64,000 nt of DNA, taken from Candidatus Kapaibacterium sp. GTDB lineage: Bacteria > Bacteroidota > Ignavibacteria > OLB7. The notes beneath the pieces are model-generated. The model saw only the letters and a list, made by a program, of their open reading frames with translations. It was not told the DNA's origin and ran no database searches. The stretch spans positions 3,387 through 67,386 of the forward strand of contig DASZRW010000135.1 in the NCBI GenBank assembly GCA_035549015.1, read 5' to 3'. The first letter of the stretch is position 1. Each line of letters begins with the position of its first letter. The position numbers and the translations under genes are program-made. This document shows, piece after piece, positions 58,559 to 64,000 of the stretch.

Positions 58559-58927
58559 TCACTCCATCCGGTCGCGGTACAGCCGCGCATCGAACAACGT
58601 TATCGGGATGATGCCGACGAGATAGGCCAGGAGATCCAGCGGATCGAACGTGGAGCCGAATGCGATGCGGAGGATGCCCTTGAACGCCAGACGGTCCGCA
58701 AGGTGAAGCATCTGCAGAAATTCCACTGCGAATGCGAAGCCCAGTACGCCGACGGCGATCGAGAGGGAGGAGGCGCGCGAGCCGATGCGCACCAGCGAGA
58801 AGATGAAGATCACCACCATCACGTCGCCGCCGTATCCCCTGATGAATTCACCGAGAGGGAGGAACGCGATCAGCAGGCCGGGCAGGAGGGTTGCGAGTGC
58901 GACGATGATGGCGGTGCGTCTTGGCAT
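58559..58927 (-). CDS. small membrane protein (DUF2809-like)
   Basis: Three or four TM segments with a C-terminal GSTFDPLDLLAYLVG motif. Confidence 0.4.
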   Translation of the reverse strand: MPRRTAIIVALATLLPGLLIAFLPLGEFIRGYGGDVMVVIFIFSLVRIGSRASSLSIAVGVLGFAFAVEFLQMLHLADRLAFKGILRIAFGSTFDPLDLLAYLVGIIPITLFDARLYRDRME

Positions 58928-59056
58928 GGAGTGAGGACGGGAGGGAAGGAGGAGTAGGATGTGAACCGTTCCGGCGCCGGCGTCTGCATCGGAGGTTCGG
59001 TGCGTCGTGTGAAGGCGGCCCGGAGGTATCTCCCCGGACCGCCTTCACGCTGCGTT

Positions 59057-62000
59057 CTACGGCCGGCTCTCCTCGATGGACTTTGCATCGGCCGGCATCC
59101 AGAAGTCGCGCGGGTAGAGGCGATAGAGCCTGGTGGCTGCCCCCTCCGCGGACTGTAGATACTGCTCGTACAACGCCATCTGCTTTTCCGGTCCGATCAC
59201 GAAGAAGATACCGCCGCGCACATCCGCCGCCTTCACGCCGTAGCCCGGGAGCACCTTGCCGTAGACGGAGGGCATCCGGTCGAACAGCGCATTGCCGAGT
59301 CCGGCCGAGCTGCGGAGCGCGAGGATTCCCTTGCGGAAGTTCCGCACCACCTCCGGCGTTGTGCCGTCCGCCAGATCGCCGGCGATTGCCTCGCCGCGCG
59401 ACTCGTATCCGGATGCCGCGCGCGATTCATCGAACGCGAGCGCGATCGCGTACTCGGCAAGGTTGGTGTCGCGCGGCGCCTTCTTCAGTTCGTCGATCAC
59501 GAAGCGGAGCGTCTGCGGCAGCTCCGGGCAGCGTTCGGCATAGTAGGCGAGACGGCCGCTGTTCGGCGAGTTGGACAGGCCGTTGCTGTAGGCGAGGCCG
59601 GCTCCCCAGGTCTTCATGAAGATGCCGTGCGATCCGTGGCCGCTGTACAGCTTGCCGGTGAGAATCTCCAGCAGCGCGTCGCGGCTGGTGTCGCGATAGG
59701 TGGGGGCGGGTGCGGAGTTCAGGAACACACCGCTCGATGTGTTCGGGTTCACAAGGCCAACGAACACCGGCTTCGCGCCCGGCATGCGATCCAGAAGCCG
59801 GGCATCCACGTAGCGGGAGTTGGAGGCCGGCAGCCGCTGCATCGGCATGGTGGCAAGGCCGCCAAGCAGATCGTTGACGGAGCCCTGAAGCGCCTGCTGG
59901 CTTTCCGTGGAGCCGATCATGAACATCCGCGCCCCTCCGGTCACCAGCAGATGCCTGCGAAGATTGTTCATCTCGTTCAGCGCCTGCGCCGGCGGCACCA
60001 GCAGGTCGTGGCGGATCTCGAGACAGAGGTAGCGCCAGTCGTGCGCCAGCGATGCGTCCGGAATGTCGCCCAGCAGAACGGCGAGGTCTCCGGCGGCGTC
60101 GTGCGCATTGGTCTGTGCACTCCCGGGGAGCTTCGCCATCTCATCCATGTATTCCTTCATCGATGCCGGGAGCGCGGCCGCTGCCTCCCGGCTGCCGCCG
60201 AGCGCCTGGGCCAGCGTGAGCAGGTCCGCGCGCGACGCCCCCTTCGCAGCTTCCGTGAGGTGCGAAAGGAAGCCGGCGATCGCCCTCCCCTCCGCAGGCG
60301 TTCCCGGATCCTTCAACAGCCACCGCAGCCGGTGCGCGTTGTGCGCACGCGTGAGGAACGATTCCGTTGCAAGCATCAGCCCGTCATCCTGCCAGCGGTA
60401 GGCCGCGGCCGGTCCGTTCACCCATCCCTCCTCCGGCCCCTTCATCGTATTGCGCAGGCCGCTCAATGTCTGGTCCACCACGTCGCGCAGGCGCGGCAGA
60501 TTCTCCGTGCGCCAGTCCGGATACAGAAGCACGCGCTTCATCCAGGTGATTGCGCGCTTCGACTCCTCCAGGTCGTTCCCGGAGCCCCGCACAACGATCT
60601 CGTGGCGGCCGGTGCGTGCGTTGGTGCTGAACGAGGCGTTCAGACTCAGGATCTCCTCGCGCAGGCGGCCGCTCATCTCGTCGTACGGAATCGTCCTGCC
60701 GTTCTCGTAGATGCCCGCGCTCGTCATCAGCGTTGGCAGAAGGGAGAGATAGACGTAGTCCTTGTCCGCGACGCCGTTCAACCGGAGCGCGATGCCGGTG
60801 GTTGCGCTGGTCATGTTGTCGAACGTAGAGGCCACCATCGGAACATTGCCGGCCAGCGTCGTGCTCTTGAAGTCCAACTGGTCATCCAGCGTCATCGGCG
60901 GCGAGTCGATGAACGTCGCGCGCTTCGCGGTTGCCGCAAGCCGTTCGATCTCCGCGGAGCCGGCATCGTAGTCGCTCCGGTACTTCGCGATGGCGGCCTG
61001 ATCGTCACCCACGCCGTAGTGCTTCTCCAGGCGTGCAACCTCCGCGTCGATCCTCTCCTTACGCTCCTGCGTCTCCTTTGCCAGCAGTGCTGCGCTCGGA
61101 TGTGATGCGCATGCTATCGGAAGCTGGTCCAGCATTCGCCATGCGGCGATCCGGTCGCGCCAGAAATTCTTTCCGTTGTCCAGCAGCCGCTCGATATCAC
61201 CCAGCTCGCGATGCAGCGTAACCTGCTTGCTGAAGCCGCTCCGTTCGGCGAGATGATCCAGATGATTCATCCAGGCCGATCCCGTGCCGCGGAATCCGAA
61301 GCCGGGTGGGGTGTTCACGAACTTGGCCAGGTTGCGCCGCTGCTCGATCACACGGTTCCGCATGCGCGCGTTGAACTCCTTCACCTCGGGCGAGTTGTCT
61401 CCCCAGGAGGCGATCGTCTTCAACTCCTCCATGATGCGCCCGCGTATCGCCTTGATCTTCTCCTCCGTCATGTTCGATTGCGGCAGGTTATCCAGGCCGA
61501 TGTACATCGGGGAGCCCTGATCGTCCGAAGCCCAGCCGAACACGCCCTGCGCACCGACATCCATCGAGCGCGTCTTCGTGTCGATGAAGACGCGGTAGAG
61601 ATTGCTTGTCTCGTCGCTCGCAACATTCTGAACGAGGAGCGACTGCAGAAGCTGCTCCTCCGGCGTCAGGTTCAGTTGCGCCGGCCATGCGAACACCAGC
61701 GGCGCCGGCTCCTGCTCGTTGGCCGATGGGTACGGGGCATTGATGATGGTGCCCGGCGCGGCCCCGGACGGCTTCGGCAGGTTCTTCACCGTCATCACGT
61801 TCAACGGCGCCAGCGAGCCCGGCTGCAGCGCATTGAGCATCTGATCGGTGCGGCGCAGGATCTCATCGGTCTTCATCTCCTTCGGGAACGATCCCACCAT
61901 GCCCATGTTGTCCAGCCGGTAGTGATCGTGATGGAAGCGGCGGATATCCTCCGGCTGCATCACACGGATTGCAGAGGGAAGGCCGCCGGAGACGAAGGTC

Positions 62001-62680
62001 ATCGGATGTCCCTTGCCGTAGGTTGCGATATCCAGCTCGTACCCCAGGTGCGTCCACGGACGCTCGAACGTGCTCACCATCTCGTTGTACACGGTTCCCT
62101 TCTCCTCCAGGCGAAGCCGGGAATCGCCCGGGTTCACCGAGACGCCGAAGTTGCAGACCTCGCGGCGTATCTCTTCATCCGTATAGTCCGGATACAGGAG
62201 CGCGTTCATCCGCCGTTCGAACTGCTGGTAGAAGACCTCGGAGCCGGCGGAGGTGAAGAAGTCGTAGCAGGTGCGTAACTGCTGCGTGAATGCGGAGGAG
62301 CCGCTCAGCGACATCCCTTCCAGATTCGCCGTGTAGCGTCCGTTGTTCCCCTTGCCGAGCAGCAGATGCTCCTGCGTGTGCGGCTCACCCATGTCCGATG
62401 TGGGAATGCTGTTCACCCAGATGAAGCCCTGCGGCACGGACTGGATCTTCAACAGATCCAGGACGAAGCCGGTGCGGACATGCCGGAAGCGTGCGCCCAT
62501 CGGGCGGTCGGCGTCATCGAGATAGAGCGCCTCCGCGCGGAAGCCGTTCAGAACCATGCCCTCCTGAAGGTTGGAGAGCGTGCCATCCGCGGTCTGTGCC
62601 CGTGCAACCGGCGATGATGCCAGCAGCGAGCCGAACATGAGAGCGGTTGCAAGTCCGGTGTAAAGATGGTGTCGCAGCAT
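59057..62680 (-). CDS. large secreted M16-family (pitrilysin/insulinase-like) zinc metallopeptidase (1207 aa)
   Basis: The inverted zinc motif HTQEH (HxxEH) sits near the N-terminus with a downstream Glu. Signal peptide MLRHHLYTGLATALMFGSLLASSPVARAQ at internal ATG 62680. The long C-terminal region is consistent with tandem M16 half-domains. Confidence 0.6.
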   Translation of the reverse strand: MLRHHLYTGLATALMFGSLLASSPVARAQTADGTLSNLQEGMVLNGFRAEALYLDDADRPMGARFRHVRTGFVLDLLKIQSVPQGFIWVNSIPTSDMGEPHTQEHLLLGKGNNGRYTANLEGMSLSGSSAFTQQLRTCYDFFTSAGSEVFYQQFERRMNALLYPDYTDEEIRREVCNFGVSVNPGDSRLRLEEKGTVYNEMVSTFERPWTHLGYELDIATYGKGHPMTFVSGGLPSAIRVMQPEDIRRFHHDHYRLDNMGMVGSFPKEMKTDEILRRTDQMLNALQPGSLAPLNVMTVKNLPKPSGAAPGTIINAPYPSANEQEPAPLVFAWPAQLNLTPEEQLLQSLLVQNVASDETSNLYRVFIDTKTRSMDVGAQGVFGWASDDQGSPMYIGLDNLPQSNMTEEKIKAIRGRIMEELKTIASWGDNSPEVKEFNARMRNRVIEQRRNLAKFVNTPPGFGFRGTGSAWMNHLDHLAERSGFSKQVTLHRELGDIERLLDNGKNFWRDRIAAWRMLDQLPIACASHPSAALLAKETQERKERIDAEVARLEKHYGVGDDQAAIAKYRSDYDAGSAEIERLAATAKRATFIDSPPMTLDDQLDFKSTTLAGNVPMVASTFDNMTSATTGIALRLNGVADKDYVYLSLLPTLMTSAGIYENGRTIPYDEMSGRLREEILSLNASFSTNARTGRHEIVVRGSGNDLEESKRAITWMKRVLLYPDWRTENLPRLRDVVDQTLSGLRNTMKGPEEGWVNGPAAAYRWQDDGLMLATESFLTRAHNAHRLRWLLKDPGTPAEGRAIAGFLSHLTEAAKGASRADLLTLAQALGGSREAAAALPASMKEYMDEMAKLPGSAQTNAHDAAGDLAVLLGDIPDASLAHDWRYLCLEIRHDLLVPPAQALNEMNNLRRHLLVTGGARMFMIGSTESQQALQGSVNDLLGGLATMPMQRLPASNSRYVDARLLDRMPGAKPVFVGLVNPNTSSGVFLNSAPAPTYRDTSRDALLEILTGKLYSGHGSHGIFMKTWGAGLAYSNGLSNSPNSGRLAYYAERCPELPQTLRFVIDELKKAPRDTNLAEYAIALAFDESRAASGYESRGEAIAGDLADGTTPEVVRNFRKGILALRSSAGLGNALFDRMPSVYGKVLPGYGVKAADVRGGIFFVIGPEKQMALYEQYLQSAEGAATRLYRLYPRDFWMPADAKSIEESRP

Positions 62681-62748
62681 GATCGGATGGATTGAAGTTC
62701 CCTGTATCGCGTCCGCACGGCCTGCGGCCGCGGGCCGTGCCGGATGGG

Positions 62749-62988
62749 TTACGGCAGGAACTGTTGGTTGTTCGGGCCGGCGGCGCAGCGGGCGCATAGG
62801 CACGCCCGTCCGCGGGCATCCTCGGGTACGGCCTCCAGCGCTTCGGGAGCGAACGCGGCCGTTTCACACCAGCAGGGCTCGCCGGCAGCAGCCAGTGCAC
62901 CGGCGGCGTCGATGGCGCGTGCAGCAATCGTGCAGTGATTGGGGGCCGCGCAGAGCGGGCATCGCGCCGGATCGAACGTCGCTGGCAT
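62749..62988 (-). CDS. small cysteine-rich protein (DUF1289-like, 79 aa)
   Basis: A CPLC...NHC...CWC...CLCARC Cys pattern. Start taken at internal ATG 62988. Confidence 0.3.
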   Translation of the reverse strand: MPATFDPARCPLCAAPNHCTIAARAIDAAGALAAAGEPCWCETAAFAPEALEAVPEDARGRACLCARCAAGPNNQQFLP

Positions 62989-63237
62989 CTGTCCGGAGAC
63001 CTGTCCTGAACTGGAGATGACGCCCGGAACGCGAGAACGTTCTTTGGGCACGGAAACCGATCAACATAGAGCTTTGCTGCGCGTCCGGCAAGAACCAGTC
63101 GCGGTCCCTGGCGGCTTCCTCATGCGCCGCGTCTTTTGCCGTTAATCAAGAACTGCAGGAGGGCAGGGAGCGATGTTCCGGCAGGGAGCGGCGCCGGCCG
63201 CGGGGAGCGGAGGGGAGAGTCCGCGAAAGCCGGGGAG

Positions 63238-64000
63238 CTATTTGGAGGTGACTGTAAACTCCACGCGCCGGTTCTGCTGCCGCCCTTCATCGGTTTCGTT
63301 GGAGGCCACCGGCCGGGACTTCCCGTAGCCGGCCCAGCCCAGGCGGTCGTTCGCCACCCCCTTCTCGGTCAGATACTGCACCACGGCGCGCGCGCGATTC
63401 ATCGAGAGCGTCATGTTGCTCTGGTCCGATCCGACATTGTCCGTATGTCCGGCGATGTCGATATGCATCGTCGGGTTCTGATCCATGAGCTGCACCACGC
63501 GGTTCAGTTCCGGGAACGATTCGGGCATCAGCGTCGCCTTGCCGAACTCGAAGAAGATGTTGTTCAACCGGATGGTGCTCCCCACCTCGATCGGCACCAG
63601 GAAGAGATCCACGGACTGCTCCCGGTACTCCAGCACCTTCGAGAGATCGATGTTCGTGTTGATCGGATAGTAGCCGGGCGCCTCGCCGCGCACACCGTAG
63701 TGGGCGCCCCCCGGGAGCGTGAGCTTGTAGCCCTCCACCGGCGTGGAGTTCGCCACCCCGGCCTCGCGCCCTTCGGGAAGAAACTCGTAGCGGATTCGCG
63801 CGCTGATTGCCTTCCCGGTCTTCGAGTTGAATGCCTTCCCGGAGATCAGCACCACCGGCTTCGGCTTCACGGCCTGGCGCAGCCGCACGCGGAAGATATC
63901 GGCCATGCCGAAGGAGTTCTTATAGGAGACGAGGTAGGCGTAGTCGCCGGCGGCGGAGATGGTGTAGTAGGCATCGAACGCCGGCGAGTTGATCGGTGCG
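63238..64000 (-). CDS. OmpA-family protein (C-terminal OmpA-like peptidoglycan-binding domain); 5' end outside the window
   Basis: NRVVQLMDQNPTMHIDIAGHTDNVGSDQSNMTLSMNRARAVVQYL...NRRVEFTV is a canonical OmpA_C domain. My translation shows the minus-strand frame stays open to the window edge. Confidence 0.65.
   Translation of the reverse strand, partial: APINSPAFDAYYTISAAGDYAYLVSYKNSFGMADIFRVRLRQAVKPKPVVLISGKAFNSKTGKAISARIRYEFLPEGREAGVANSTPVEGYKLTLPGGAHYGVRGEAPGYYPINTNIDLSKVLEYREQSVDLFLVPIEVGSTIRLNNIFFEFGKATLMPESFPELNRVVQLMDQNPTMHIDIAGHTDNVGSDQSNMTLSMNRARAVVQYLTEKGVANDRLGWAGYGKSRPVASNETDEGRQQNRRVEFTVTSK

Overview
This is a high-GC bacterial window of about 67% G+C. Its genes use Shine-Dalgarno sites and many adjacent genes overlap by ATGA or GTATGA. 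The first ~29.5 kb form one + strand locus that looks like an extracellular contractile injection system (eCIS, a phage-tail-like particle). It contains the 3' end of a cap-like gene, four poorly conserved genes, an Afp15/Pvc15-like AAA+ ATPase and a tightly coupled operon. That operon encodes a tube protein, a LysM-like protein, a gpD-like hub, a gpV/gp5-like spike, a PAAR-like protein, a gp25-like wedge, two tandem Baseplate_J paralogs and a P2 gpI-like protein. It ends with two giant putative fibres: a 1738-aa Ig-repeat protein and a 1564-aa collagen-like protein whose gene carries ~2.9 kb of near-identical tandem repeats. Sheath and tape-measure genes are not in the window and are presumably upstream. 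A 12-bp-stem terminator closes the locus near 29.5 kb. An intergenic region upstream of the tube gene carries a perfect 21-bp palindrome and repeated TTGCCGGA half-sites. The rest of the window is mostly housekeeping or envelope genes: a metallophosphoesterase, M28, M24B and giant M16 peptidases, a NYN/YacP-like gene, ettA, trmO, an ABC substrate-binding protein, recA, recR, methyltransferases, a Wzx plus heparinase-like polysaccharide module, paralogous lipoproteins and a truncated OmpA-like gene. A more AT-rich islet at 37.2-41.7 kb holds a small family of paralogous N-terminal HTH proteins (one fused to a LuxR-type HTH, plus an unannotated 56-aa fragment) around a small secreted protein, followed by a 1.2-kb stretch with no convincing gene. 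Most long reverse-strand and out-of-frame ORFs in the track are Arg/Pro-rich high-GC artefacts. No rRNA, tRNA, CRISPR array or intact mobile element could be supported.
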